A DNA stretch of 64,000 nucleotides from Blepharisma stoltei ATCC 30299 (lineage: Eukaryota; Protista; Ciliophora): contig CBFDEM010000018.1 in the NCBI GenBank assembly GCA_965603825.1, forward strand, positions 496,001 through 560,000, given 5' to 3'. Below are positions 10,537 to 22,688 of this stretch, piece by piece. Numbering within the stretch: position 1 is the stretch's first letter; each line of letters starts with the position of its first letter. The position numbers and the translations under genes are program-made. The notes beneath the pieces are model-generated. The model did not search any database. It was given only the letters and a program-made list of their open reading frames with translations, and was not told the origin of the DNA.

Positions 10537-13500
10537 ATGTCTAGACCCAGACCTTTAAGTGCGTCAAAATCTTGCGCTTTTGTCAAACCTGTGCAACTAG
10601 GGCGCGCCAGCATAAGATCAGCTCAAATAAACACAGCCAGTTTGATCTTTATGAGGCCTCCAAAGTTCAGACACAAAAAATTATCTCAAGAATCTTTACA
10701 AAAAGACAACCAACTATGGGAACTCACACAGGAGGTCAAGAAACTGGAAGAGCAGCAAAAATCATTTATCAATAAATTTGAAGTGCAAAATGAAAGCTTA
10801 CCTAATATGAGGCCAAGTCTAGAGATAGAAGAAATTAAAAAAGAAAGAGATGAACTGTATGAATCAAAAATAAATAGCCTAAAATATATTGAAAAAATAG
10901 AAGAAGAAAAGAAGAAAATGCAAGAATCATATGAGAAAGAACTTAAAAATATGAATGAGTATATTGGGTTACTAAGAAGAAAAATCGTAAGAAGTTCTAT
11001 ATCATTAACGAATTCTCCACAGCCTTCTCATAACGACAAATTGAGCAACTTCGAAGATCTTTTTTTAAAAGAAAAAGAAAAATCAAGTATCCTTTATAAC
11101 ACCCTGAAAATGAAAGAAAAAGAATGCGAAAATTTGCATAAGAGAAATGATTCAGAATCAATAATTTTAAGAATGGAACAGCTAACAAACCAAAACAATA
11201 ATTATCAAAGTGCCCTTGCAGAAGCAGAAAGTGAAATAAAAAGGCTTCATCAAGAAATCGCTAATAAAAACGAACAGATTTTTCAAAAAAAACAAAAAAT
11301 TGAGGAGTTTGAAATACAAAACAGTGTGGCACATGCTTATGAGGAAATAAAGCTAAAATTAAAAAAAAGCTATGAGGAAAAAAGGCAATTAGAAGAAGAA
11401 ATGAAAAGAAATAGCTTAAAATCAGACGAATTAGAAAAAATAATAGAAGAACTAGGAAAAAGCTTATTAACGATGACCAAAGAGCTTGAAGATAGAAACT
11501 CTGAGTGTCAAAAATTAGAAAATGAATTAGAAGAGCTCAAATATACAGATAAAAATAGCGAAAAAAATATAGAAAGGGAAAAAGAAGAGTGTCTAAAAAT
11601 GATAGAAATTGTAGCAAATAAAATAAATCAGGAAATAAGTGGGCTAATGCTAAGAGTAGAACAAGCAGAAGACCAAGTTGACAAAATTTTAGAATTTTTT
11701 GAAGAATTTAAATCGTGAATAGACCAGAACATCAACAATCAATCTATGAAAAATGATGAAAATTTGCTAAAAGAATTGGCCAAACTTAGGGAAGAAAATG
11801 ATGAGCTTATAAATAAGCTTGGCATACAAATGAGTAAAAAAATGAATTATGAAGGAGAAGTAAACAAAATGAAATTATTAGTAAAAGACTATGAAAATCA
11901 AATATCGATTTATAAAGAAAATTCCAAATTAGAAAACAGCAAAAGTGAAAATGAAGAAAAAAATTCAGATAGTAAACAGCAAATACTAGTAGAGTCTGAG
12001 AATCTTCGCCAAGAATATGAAAATCTGAATGAAATATGTGAGGAAAAAAAAGAAGAAATAGAAAATTTAAATAACAAGTTACAGACTTTAGAAGCAAAGC
12101 TAAAGGAATCTCAGTCAGCATTTAATTCATTAAAGATGAAAAATAAAGAAAAAGAAGATAAGTATATTAATTTACAACAAACAAGCATTGAAAACCTTGA
12201 AAAAATTGAAAAATTAACAATAGAAAATACAGAGCTAAAAGACCAAATTGCATCTATAAATCACCAATTTGATAAGTTAAGTGAAAAACTAAAAGAATTA
12301 AATCAGCAGCTAAGAGATAAAGAAATTGAGGCTGACGAAGCAAATCAGCTATATGAAGCTTTGAAATCAAAAACTGAAGAAATCTTGAGGGAGCAGCTCA
12401 AAATGAAATTTGAGTCACAAAACATTAAAGTAATCAATATTTAGGATGAATTTGAAAATGAAAAAATAAGGCTGCAAGAACAGATTAATAAAGCTATTGA
12501 GGAAAAAACACAGGAAGTCGAAATACTTCAAAAAGCAATTAAAGAACAGCAGGATGAATTTGAAAGGCAGCTAAGTGAGCTAAAATGGGAATGCCAGCAG
12601 GAAAATGTCAATACTGAGCTAGAGCAGAAAAATAATGAAATTAGGATTTTGAAAGAGGAATATAATGGGATAATAAAGAGAAATGAAAAAGAGCTAAAAG
12701 AATCGTATGAAAAAGAAATAAACAAATTGAAAACAACCTCAGAAGCAAGCCATAATGAATTGATGGGAAAATATATTGATGCTAAAAATAAATACGATAA
12801 AAGTTTAGAAGATATACAAGGATTCGAAGCTTTAAAGCAAGAAGTAGCATTTGTGCAAGGAGAATTGAGAGAAAAAGAAAAAGAAATTAATAAACTTAGA
12901 GAAGAATTATTTGAAGCTGATGAAAAAATTGAAAATTTAGAAAAAAATCGGTCTATTCAAGAAGGAGCTGTTTCTGAGTACAAAAAACAACTAGAATCTC
13001 AAGAAAAAGAAATAATTGGACTCCATGATGAATTAGACAGCCACAAGCATAGAAAAAACTCAAACTCAATAGAAAATAATACAAAACTGGCAGAACTTGA
13101 AGACCAGCTAGACAGCCTAAAACAAGAAAACGAAAATTTAAGGGAGAAGCTTGCAAAGTCATTTTCTGACCCAGAAATCGCTAGCATGCAGTCACAGATC
13201 TCTCATCTAACCCAAAACCTCGAAAAGACTGAAATAGAGCTATTAAGAAAGTCAGAAATAGAAGAAGAGCTCAGGATTCTTGAAGACAAATACAATAATA
13301 AATCTCAAAAGCTCACAGTCCTGAAAAATGTTTGCAGCGAGCTTGAAGTAGTCAACTCTACTCTAAGGACAAGCAAAGTTGAAATAGAAGGTGAATTAGG
13401 AAAAAAAGAAAAAATCATTAAAGACATGCAGAGAGAATTTGGAGCCCAAAATGTTGAGGTCAATAAAGTAAAGCAAAGAGCAGACCAATTTGAAGATTTA

Positions 13501-14418
13501 TATAATTCGCTGTATGCAGAAATGGAGGAAAAAAATAAAAAAATCGAAAATTTAGAAAAAGAGCTAGAGGAGCAAAGGGATCTAAAAAGAGCAGTCAATC
13601 TTGGAATAGAAAATATAGAAAATATTGAAATTTATGGAGAAATGAACATCAGTGATGAGGAAAATGAGAAAGATAATAGCAGGGAAGAAAGCCAGAAGGA
13701 TAATAGTGAAAATCATAAAGAAAATGCTGATGAAGATAAGCAGAAACTCCAGCAGAGAATAAATGAATTAAACGATGATATTGAATTATTATTGAGAAAT
13801 GAAGAAAAATATAAAATTATTATTGGAAAGCTTCAAGAAAAACTAAGCGAGGAATCTGATCCTGAAGGACTCAAAGGCCGCATAGAAGACTTAGAAGCCC
13901 AGCTAGGGGATTATCAATACAGATATGATCAGCTCTTTGAAGAGCACGAAGAACTTATTAATAACCAAAAATCCAGGCTCGACACCAGCCAAGATGAAGC
14001 TTCCGTTCAAATGCTATCAGATGAACTCAGCAAAGTCATTAATGAAAAAAATGAACTGGAAATGGAAATAGACGCTTTAAGAGACCTTCACAGCGAAAAC
14101 GAAAAAATAAAGCACTACCAACAAGAGGCTGAAAATATAGCCAAAATCTGTCAAGAACTAGAAGTACTTTTTATTTAGAAAACCAAAGAAGATTTAGAAG
14201 AAAACTACAACGACAACTTAAAGATGCTTAAAGCAAAATATGAAGAATTTATCAAACAAAGAATGGAAGAAATTACAGATCAGTACGACGAGCTTCAGGA
14301 AAACGCAAACAGACTAGAACTAGAAAAAGACGAGCTACAAAAAGAGCTTTCATTTGAAAAAGAAAAAAATTCAGATCTCCAAGAAAAGCTCTATAAATAT
14401 CTAAATAAAAATAATTAA
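10537..14418 (+). CDS. Very long coiled-coil protein (~1280 aa); UGA-Trp at 11716, introns 12430-12444 and 14164-14178
   Basis: Four track ORFs join in frame; E/K/L heptad composition throughout. Confidence 0.85.
12430..12444 (+). other. 15-nt intron
   Basis: GTAATCAATATTTAG, terminal TAG in frame. Confidence 0.9.
14164..14178 (+). other. 15-nt intron
   Basis: GTACTTTTTATTTAG, terminal TAG in frame. Confidence 0.9.
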
Positions 14419-14436
14419 TTTGTTTAACTTAATAAA

Positions 14437-16338
14437 ATGGATATGATAGAAGATCGTGCAGATCCAGCCCTTACTTATGTCCTGGCGTCCCAAAAGTCAT
14501 CTCCAGAGCAAGTTCTTTTATTGACAAACGACATATCTCGCCTTCTCTACTCTCAATTACATTATCAGTGAATTTGAAATTATCTCAGATCTCAAGCGCT
14601 CACTCTTTCTCCATCAATTTTAATTCCTCAGTCATTTCCACAAGAAATGAAGATCCTCAACCGAGTTCGGCTGCATTTTATTAATGAACTCAAAGATTTT
14701 CCTCACCCTTGCGAAGCTGTTTTGCATTTAAAAGTCCTTGTCGCTTTGATTACTCGCAATGCAATCCGCTTAACTAATGATGATTTTAAAGAGCTGTATA
14801 GCATTTTAGAGACTTTGTCCCAAGACTCCCACCTGAGATTAATAGAACTGATTTTTTACTGCTTAATGATTTTGGTTACTTTATTTGACGACTACAGCTC
14901 TATGCTGTCGGTCCATGCAATTTTGTCGAATATTTCGTTTAAAATTGAAGGAAAAAGACTGCTGTATGCGTTGAAATTTAGAGAAGGAAAATGGGCTGAA
15001 ATTTTGCAAGAAATGAATGACTGTTTTGGGTTTGATGTAAAAATGCCGGAGGAAATTGTGGAAAAAAGTGGAAGAATGCTTATCGGGTGCATAGGAGGTG
15101 GAAATCTTGATGTTTCTGAAATGGATGATAAGTGCTTGGCTGTATATTTAGGCTTGGGCGGCAAAGATGTAGGTTATCGAGCTTTGATAGACTCTATTGT
15201 AAATTCCACAAACTTGCATTTTCAAAATTTAATAGAAAAAGCTACTGAAAAGCTGCAAATTATGATACCAGAGCCAAACTTACTAGAATTGCTCTCTAAA
15301 TACCCAAACTTGCATTATAGAGTTTTGTTTTATTCTTTACTTTATAATGGAACTGTAAAAAGCCCACAATACCATTTTACTTTTTTTTTCAAAATCAACG
15401 TGCGAGCTTCTTTAAACCAAGCCTCAGGAGTTATTTCAGAAAGGCTCGTCCAGCTCATCACTGATTTAATGCCTTGGTTCTTTATCCCATCCTTATCAGA
15501 ATTCACAGACACCAGCGAAGTTTCTGATAATTTTATCTACAAGTTCGCTAACTCCTTACACAAAATAAGCTCAGAGTCGCTGATTCAATGGAAATCTCTG
15601 TTGAATTTTCACCCGCTGAAGGTCTGTTTAGAAACATTAGATGTGTTGCAGCAATTAAGGTCAAATGTGCCTCATGAAATTTTAAATCCTCTCAGAGTGT
15701 TCAACTGCATTAAAATAGAAAACGAAAAAACTGTAGAGGTCCTCACAAGTATCCTAGAAGTCCTTTTAAGCGCATGGCAGCACTATGTGCTTAAATATGA
15801 AAGCCCATTTAACCTAGACGGCCGTCAGTCTTTTATATTAACCATGCAGAGCGCATGTGTCCAAGACTTAATAAATTATCTTGGCAAAACTGAAGAAATT
15901 GATCAGGTCATCTGTGAGTTCCTGCACAGCTACTGAATAGAAAATTCTTTATTAATCAAGCTTGTCCATTATCAAGGCTATCCAGACCATTTACTTCCTA
16001 TTACAGTAAACAAAATAGGGAGCTTAATCTGTACGTGGGACTTTATTACTGATCTCGTCAGAAGTGGCACAACTAAACAAAAGCGATTTGCCTTACAATT
16101 AGCTGGGCATTTATCATATAAATACCCGACACAGAAGCTCCTGGACATAATCAGAGAATGCATTCAGTTTATTGAGGACAATTTGCAGTATTTTTCAGAA
16201 GACCCAGAGCTAGACTCAATTTTGGAATTATTTTTGAAGGCTTTTCCACAACTAAATGGAAGGATCAGAAAGCTAAAGCGAAAATACCCCAAGCAGTTCT
16301 TTAATTACGAACTTGCACCTGTCCAATTAATAAGATAA
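14437..16338 (+). CDS. INTS2: Integrator complex subunit 2-like protein (compact, ~633 aa), three UGA-Trp
   Basis: C-terminal ICEFLHSYWIENSLLIKLVHYQGYPDHLLPITV...DFITDL...KRFALQLAGHLSYKYP matches the conserved INTS2 C-terminal KLVHFQGYP motif. Confidence 0.75.
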
Positions 16339-16357
16339 TTAGGTTCATTTTTAATAA

Positions 16358-16931
16358 ATGTCAAATGACACTGAAAAGATTGCTGCAATTCTTGTATTAG
16401 TATTATTATGTATCTGCTGTATGGGCTGCTGTTTATGCTTTTGCTTTAAAGCTAGGAATGATTCAAGAAGAAATGTGAGGATGTTTAGAAGATTATTAAT
16501 GGGTATAATAAGTAATCATGTGTATTCTGTAGTACCTGAGCATTTTTCAATGCATGATCTCAATCTGGAACCTTTTTTTCCAAAATTTATGTTTGGTGAA
16601 GATTTCAGCATAAAAGCCGAGCTAGTATGCTGCATATGTTTTGAAGAGTAAAATTAAATTTAGATTTAGTTCGATGTCATATGTAAGAAGACTGCCATGC
16701 TGTCATGTTTTCCATGACCAATGTATAGATGAATGATTCAAAAGACAATCAGAGCCTCATTGTCCACTCTGCAAGCAAAATCCATTTTTGGTGCCTGAAA
16801 AGGCTCCAGCTAAGCAAAGCCCGACTCAAATTCCGAGACCCCGAAAAAGAGGGGAAACTGTAAAGCAGCCAAATGTTCTTTTAGCTGCCGAAACCGACGA
16901 AAGCTCTAGACACTCATTTAGTCTACCTTAA
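16358..16931 (+). CDS. Membrane-anchored RING-H2 E3 ubiquitin ligase; 16-nt intron 16648-16663
   Basis: N-terminal TM with Cys cluster; CCICFEEF...RRLPCCHVFHDQCIDEW(TGA)F...CPLCK. Confidence 0.9.
16648..16663 (+). other. 16-nt intron
   Basis: GTAAAATTAAATTTAG; removal restores the RING-H2 domain. Confidence 0.88.
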
Positions 16932-16967
16932 TCTCTCTATATAAAATAAAATTTGTATATATTTTAC

Positions 16968-17456
16968 TTATTTGAAAAACTGAAAATTCTCCAAACCTCC
17001 CAGCCTTCTTGAGCACCTCTTGCAATAATGCTCTACATCATATAACCCTGTGCAGAGAAATGCCAAGCACGAGCATAATGGAAATACGAGAAGTAAAAGT
17101 ATGCATAAAACTCAAAGTAATATGCCAGGCTTTCTTTCTATCCTTGTGAGTTCTCTATGATTACAATAAGGGCAAGAAATCAAAACCGGTCTTTTAGATA
17201 ATAAGAGCTCCTTGTCTTTGCGGGCACTTGTGCTTTCAACCACAACTATATTGCTGCCCATAGGAGCTTCAGGCTTATAATTAGAATCGACATAAATTGT
17301 AATTCCAGGGTATGCCCCATAAGGATAGTTGCTTGAAACCATTTCGTTATATGGAATTCCTTGCCGATAAAATCCTGACTGAGAATTCATATTTACAGGC
17401 TTGTTTTCTTGCTTTCGTTGAGTTAAAGCTTCATCTTCTGTATGGTCTTTGGACAT
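16968..17456 (-). CDS. LITAF-domain zinc-ribbon membrane protein
   Basis: PVLISCPYC...PGILLW(TGA)VLCILLLLVFPLCSCLAF...DVEHYCKRC. Confidence 0.88.
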
Positions 17457-17739
17457 TATTAAAGATACCACATCATCACAGTGTAAATGGCAGCAAAATC
17501 TGAATAAAATATCTGTGTTTTTATTGATAAAAAATAATCAAATTTCAAAAACTAAAGCAATAGATTGAAAATTGTATACAAATTAGACAAATTCTGAAGA
17601 GACATATGAAACTGACACATAAAGGGATATTGAAACGAATTATGAAAAATATAAATATAAGCATCATTAGGCTTTTTAAATGGAATTTAAGGCAATATGA
17701 TTGAAATCAAAAAAATTGGATTTCATTATGGTTTTTTAG

Positions 17740-18003
17740 CTATTTCTTTTCTATTTCTTCAATGCTAGGAGAAGGTGATGCTTCTTCTTTTTCAAGAAGT
17801 TCTGGTATCAGCAGTCCAGGGGTCCCGTCAACTTTAAGATTTGTGGGATCTTTTACATCGTAAACTCCTAGAGTAAGCTCCATTTGGACATACGGTCCTT
17901 CTTCATTCATCTCCAGTGGCACCGGCGCTGGATCATTGCTCTCTATTTCTCTCATAAAAGCTCTGGCTCTTTCCAGTACGCTGCTTTTCGGTGCTTGTTC
18001 CAT
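17740..18003 (-). CDS. DUF4598/NOPCHAP1(C12orf45)-like small protein
   Basis: SSVLERARAFM...GPYVQMELTLGVYD motif; start at 18003 preferred over 18039. Confidence 0.6.
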   Translation of the reverse strand: MEQAPKSSVLERARAFMREIESNDPAPVPLEMNEEGPYVQMELTLGVYDVKDPTNLKVDGTPGLLIPELLEKEEASPSPSIEEIEKK

Positions 18004-18038
18004 TTTTACAATATTTCTAACTATTTTTAACTTATCCA

Positions 18039-19451
18039 TTAAGCTATTCTTTTCTTATAATTTTTCAGCTCAAGAATCATCGGGGTGATGTTTTTGCCGT
18101 TTTCTGCCCATTCTTTCAAGCATTTTTCAGCATAAGAATTGAACTGATTTTGCTCGTCTTCCATGATCTGTGCTGACTGCCTGGCTAGCTCTTCTTCTAG
18201 AAGCGCTTCTTGCTCTACCTTTCTTGCCTTGTAGTCCATCTGTTTCTTATGGTAAAGCTGTTGGGCTTTGGCTCTATCTCTTCTTTCTTCTGCTTCATTT
18301 TTTTCCATCTCATTCAAGTCCTGCATTCTTTCTTTCCAGAACTGCGCGAATTCTTTATCTTCCATCTTTTCCTGCTCTTTTTCTTGTTTTTTTCTATCAA
18401 TTTGGTGCTGGCGTGACCTTTCAATCTGAGTCATCATATCATTGTGCCTTTGCTGCTTCTTCTCAAAGGTCTCTTTGGCTTTTTGTTCAGCTTCTTGGAC
18501 TTGGTTTTGCAGTCTTTGGTCTTCGTTGCTTTTAATCTTAGAGAGTTCTTCAATTCTAGCGTCAATCATCTTTTGCCTTGTTTCTAGCTTTTCTTTGAAT
18601 TTTTGTTCCTCACGCCTTTTCCTCATATTCATAACTTCTTCTTTCTGCTTAGCGTATTCTTCAATTTTCCGTTCTTCCTCTTTGATTCTTTCTTGCTCAA
18701 GTCTTTTCAGCTCCTGGAAGTGCTCATTCATTTTTTTAGTCTCATTTTGGGCAGCAATTGCAGCTTTTCTTCTTTCGAGCTCTTCTCTTTTTTCGGCTTG
18801 CAGATCTTTGATAGCTTTTTTTTTCATTAGTTTGCCTTCAATGTATTCGTCTTGTAACTTCCTAACAATTTTTTCTTTATTTGAGACAAGCTGATCTTTT
18901 AGTATTTTTTGGGTTTCCTTTTTCTTTCTTTCCTCTTCTTCTATCTTTTTTAGTAAAGCTTCGTCATACTCTTTTAGCTGCTGATGCTCCAAGTCTACCC
19001 ATCTCTCTTCAACTTCTTTCTGGTTATCTTTCTTTTTCTTATTGATTTCCAATTGCAGCTCTCTTTCCTGCAAAACGTCAGATAAAAACATTTTGCTATG
19101 AAAAGCTTTGACTTGGTCACCTTCATCATGAAGAATTTTATTCGCGTACTCAATGGCTTGACGTCGTTTTTCTTGGTTCAAGGCTTCTTCTTCAGCGTCA
19201 AGGCGGCGCCTTTCAAGCTCTTCGGCTTCAAACTTTTTGAATCTTTCGAGTTCCTTTTTCTCACGAATTGCATCAACGCTGTTTCCCCAATTTTTCATAC
19301 GGACACGAGACTTCTCGTGAAGTTCTTGGCGTTCAGCTTGCCTAAGCTTTTGCTCTTGTTCTGCTGGGTCAATTCCTAGGCAAGTTCGACGCATACGATC
19401 TAAATCGGAGGCGCTTATAACTGCAACATTTTTAGCCAAATCACGAGACAT
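18039..19451 (-). CDS. Trichohyalin-plectin-homology ciliary protein, CFAP210/CCDC173-like
   Basis: LHEKSRVRMKNWGNS, DQVKAFHSKMFLSDVLQERELQ; charged coiled coil. Confidence 0.75.
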   Translation of the reverse strand: MSRDLAKNVAVISASDLDRMRRTCLGIDPAEQEQKLRQAERQELHEKSRVRMKNWGNSVDAIREKKELERFKKFEAEELERRRLDAEEEALNQEKRRQAIEYANKILHDEGDQVKAFHSKMFLSDVLQERELQLEINKKKKDNQKEVEERWVDLEHQQLKEYDEALLKKIEEEERKKKETQKILKDQLVSNKEKIVRKLQDEYIEGKLMKKKAIKDLQAEKREELERRKAAIAAQNETKKMNEHFQELKRLEQERIKEEERKIEEYAKQKEEVMNMRKRREEQKFKEKLETRQKMIDARIEELSKIKSNEDQRLQNQVQEAEQKAKETFEKKQQRHNDMMTQIERSRQHQIDRKKQEKEQEKMEDKEFAQFWKERMQDLNEMEKNEAEERRDRAKAQQLYHKKQMDYKARKVEQEALLEEELARQSAQIMEDEQNQFNSYAEKCLKEWAENGKNITPMILELKNYKKRIA

Positions 19452-19514
19452 TTAAAATTTATTGAGAAGAAAATGTTGATGGTAAATTAAATAACTTCTT
19501 TAAGAGAGAATGGC

Positions 19515-20486
19515 CTACCTGCGACCGAAAAATATTATAACGAATAACGCTAAAACTATCATAATTGTTGTAAAATTGGCTTTTAGCCAGGAATATCTCT
19601 GATCTCTTATGTGAATTCTATCAATTTTTTTGCCAAAAGTATAAGTCCTGCAGATTTCGTAGCGTTCAGATTTGCTGGTTGAAAAATAAGCTTTCAAAAG
19701 ATCTTCATGTGTCAAATTCAGCATTGCACAAGCATAGAAGCTTTTATCACAGCCATTCACAAATAATCCTCGCATAATCCTTTGTTCATCAATTCCTAAT
19801 AGGTTGATGCACCCTTCAACAAAGCTTAATATTTCTCCCTTTATTTCTGGTTCGTAATCATAAGCATCCCTAATAAAAATCGGCCACCCAAAATAAATGC
19901 TTTCACTATTAATTTCATTTGGCCCTAATCTATTTACATCAATTGTACGAGACTCATCTTGATCAGGAAAAACATTCTCAATAATAAACCTTTCTTTTGC
20001 TACCACGTGTACAACTACATTTAGAGGGTTATTTATGTCAAGTGACGTAATTTCTAATAAAGAGCCAACCCATCTTCCATTATAAGAAGAAAGCATGCCA
20101 AACACTCTGTTTCCCATCATCGCGTGCTGCACCATCATCAAATATTTCATTTCTGGATTGCTTATTACTCCTACAGCCCCTGGAAATAGTAATAAATTTT
20201 CTTTAATATAAATCGGAATAGGATTTAGAGACCTTTTAGCTTCCTCTCTTGGAGTTTCTTTGCTTCGCTTTTTAAATTCTTTGGGAAAGTTCTTTTCTAT
20301 AAGAGATTGAATTAAGATGTTGGGCTTGCTATGTGGGGAAACTTGAAATGTGGAGTCACAGTTTGGGCATTTTCGCTGGGAATTTGAAGAGCGGGTAACG
20401 CAGGGTTTGCAGAAAGTGTGACCACAGGAAACTGTGATAGGCTTCAACAGAATTTTTCGACAAAAAGGGCAGATAAAATCGTCCAT
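19515..20486 (-). CDS. RING finger + LON N-terminal domain protein (LONRF-like) with C-terminal TM
   Basis: CPFC...PITVSCGHTFCKPC...CPNC; LLLFPG...PEMKYLMMVQHAMMGNRVFGM. Confidence 0.85.
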   Translation of the reverse strand: MDDFICPFCRKILLKPITVSCGHTFCKPCVTRSSNSQRKCPNCDSTFQVSPHSKPNILIQSLIEKNFPKEFKKRSKETPREEAKRSLNPIPIYIKENLLLFPGAVGVISNPEMKYLMMVQHAMMGNRVFGMLSSYNGRWVGSLLEITSLDINNPLNVVVHVVAKERFIIENVFPDQDESRTIDVNRLGPNEINSESIYFGWPIFIRDAYDYEPEIKGEILSFVEGCINLLGIDEQRIMRGLFVNGCDKSFYACAMLNLTHEDLLKAYFSTSKSERYEICRTYTFGKKIDRIHIRDQRYSWLKANFTTIMIVLALFVIIFFGRR

Positions 20487-20570
20487 TTGGGATATTATAG
20501 TGGATCATTCAATTTAGTAATAAATTAAGGATTTAATGGAAAGATTTGGTACAGATATTATAATATTAAA

Positions 20571-20732
20571 ATGGTCGACAAGAAAGTTATTATAGCAGGA
20601 ATAGCAGGGTTTGGGGTTGCAATGATAACTCAAAGAATCTTTTGTTGCAATGGAAAATCATGGAAGAAAGAAGGAGGATGCCACTTCAAAAAGTTTGAGC
20701 AAAAGCCACAAGAACAGCCTAAGCAAGCATAA
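20571..20732 (+). CDS. 53-aa micropeptide with N-terminal GxxG hydrophobic helix (copy 1)
   Basis: MVDKKVIIAGIAGFGVAMITQRIFCCNGKSWKKEGGCHFKKFEQKPQEQPKQA*; AAAATG start; frame preserved in the duplicate. Confidence 0.75.
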   Translation: MVDKKVIIAGIAGFGVAMITQRIFCCNGKSWKKEGGCHFKKFEQKPQEQPKQA

Positions 20733-21003
20733 ATAAATAATGATTTTTTTTAAAATTTAAAATCTTAGGTTGCTTATCAGAGGAGGGCAGCTTTTCTCTA
20801 TTTTTGGCCCATATTTAATCTAATAAAAATGTGAAGGGGTTATTAAGCTTAATTAGAGGCTATTATTATGCGTTTGATACCATAAAACAAATCTTCACTT
20901 AAGTATTTTTTTACGAAACAAATATTGTAAATCTTAATTTAAACTGCGTTATAAAGACTTATTATATCTCTGTTCAAAATATAAAAATTAAGTTCAGATA
21001 AAT

Positions 21004-21225
21004 TTAGATAGAATCTACAAAAATTAGTTCAACTATACTAAGAGATTGAATTAAGATGTTGGGCTTGCTATGTGGAGAAACTTGAAATGTGGAGTCACAG
21101 TTTGGGCATTTTCGCTGGGAATTTGAAGAGCGGGTAACGCAGGGTTTGCAGAAAGTGTGACCACAGGAAACTGTGATAGGCTTCAACAGAATTTTTCGAC
21201 AAAAAGGGCAGATAAAATCGTCCAT
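21004..21225 (-). pseudogene. Truncated duplicate of the LONRF 5' end (RING only)
   Basis: Nearly identical to 20300-20486, then runs across the duplication junction into a stop. Confidence 0.8.
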
Positions 21226-21309
21226 TTGGGATATTATAGTGGATCATTCAATTTAGTAATAAATTAAAGATTTAATGGAAAGATTTGGTACAGATATTAT
21301 AATATTAAA

Positions 21310-21468
21310 ATGGTCGATAAGAAAGTTGTTATAGCAGGACTAGCAGGGTTTTGGGCAGCAATGGTAACTCAAAGAGTCTTTTTTTGGAATGGAAGATCAT
21401 GGAGAGAAGGAGGATGCCACTTCAACAGATTTGAACAAAGGCCACAAGAACAGCCTAAGCAAGCATAA
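21310..21468 (+). CDS. 52-aa micropeptide (copy 2, diverged)
   Basis: MVDKKVVIAGLAGFWAAMVTQRVFFWNGRSWREGGCHFNRFEQRPQEQPKQA*. Confidence 0.75.
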   Translation: MVDKKVVIAGLAGFWAAMVTQRVFFWNGRSWREGGCHFNRFEQRPQEQPKQA

Positions 21469-21890
21469 ATAAATATGTTTTTTTCAAATTTTAAAATCTT
21501 AGATAGTTTGTCAGAGGAGAACAGTTTTTCTCTATTTTTGGCCCATATTTAATCTAATAAAAATGTGAAGGGGGAGGCTATTATTTAACGTTTGGCTCTA
21601 TAAATAAATCTTTAACTAAGTATTTCTTTATGAAACAAAATAGCTTAATTTAAATTGTGCCTTAAAAATTTATATCTCTGTTCAAAATATAAAAATTAAA
21701 TTCAAATAAATTTAGATACAATCTACAAAAATTAATTCAACTAAAAAACTGAAGGCTCATTTTTGGCTTTAAGATATCGCGTAATCATAAAATTTTTAAT
21801 TATACTGATAGCCTCCATTTAAACTTTCAGCTATCTATTCACTTATTTTAGTAGTAAAAATGGCCAGATAAATATAAGCAGTAATATCAA

Positions 21891-22079
21891 ATGATCAGCA
21901 AAATAAGCTTTCTTGCGTTACTTGCAGGAATAACTGTCGGAACTGCTATTGGGACAAAACTCGATGATTTCGCCGGATATTTGGAGGAGAATGGATATGG
22001 AGGATATCTATGGGCAAGCAAATCGAAAACCAAAGAAAATGAAAACTTGAAAACTCCAGTTCAAGAGCTCCAAAAGTAA
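21891..22079 (+). CDS. 62-aa micropeptide with N-terminal Gly-rich TM helix
   Basis: MISKISFLALLAGITVGTAIGTK...; coding-like composition inside AT-rich DNA. Confidence 0.6.
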   Translation: MISKISFLALLAGITVGTAIGTKLDDFAGYLEENGYGGYLWASKSKTKENENLKTPVQELQK

Positions 22080-22688
22080 TCAAATAACTGCAATAATTAA
22101 CGATTTATTTATATATTGATAAAACCTTTAAAGAGTCTGTGGTTTTCAAAATTTGGGATATCTATAAGATTATGGGAATAACGAATGCAATTTTTAACGT
22201 TTTTTGGATTTTATGTTATATGATCCTTATCATATCTTAATATTCAGCAGGACGACCCCCTCACATTTAACTTTTTCTTGTTTTGCCTTTTTAGCTCAGT
22301 TATATCTTTCTAGAGACTGATATGATTCAATATAAAAATGATAATCCGGATAATGATCGCTAAGAAGGGTGCAATTAATAGCTTATAAATTAAAAACCAT
22401 CCGAAAAGAAGATATAAAAGTTCATTATAAAGTGCAGACAATAAAACATTAATGTGAGAATACACGCAACAATAATTAGATTAGATTATTAGTTTTAAAT
22501 TACAAAAACAAGAAAAATTCTCAGATAAGGGAAATCTGCTTAAAACTAATTTTAATCTCAATACTCCCAGTTATCAGAAATAGATTAACATGAAAAGATA
22601 TTTTACCCCATATTTAATATGCCAAGCTACTGGCTGTAATAATTTTCTGATCTCTCAATCTACACATATCAGCTTTCTTAAATTAAAT

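Larger units (their letters stand above)
20300..21743. repeat. Tandem segmental duplication, period ~739 nt (20300-21035 and 21039-21743)
   Basis: Both copies begin TAAGAGATTGAATTAAGATG and end ...TTCAACTA; each has the RING 5' fragment, a divergent promoter and a micropeptide gene. Confidence 0.95.

Noticed and set aside
18037-18041. TAATG stop-start overlap suggesting translational coupling
   Set aside because: A better-context ATG (AAAAATG) at 18003 gives an ordinary 35-nt AT-rich spacer
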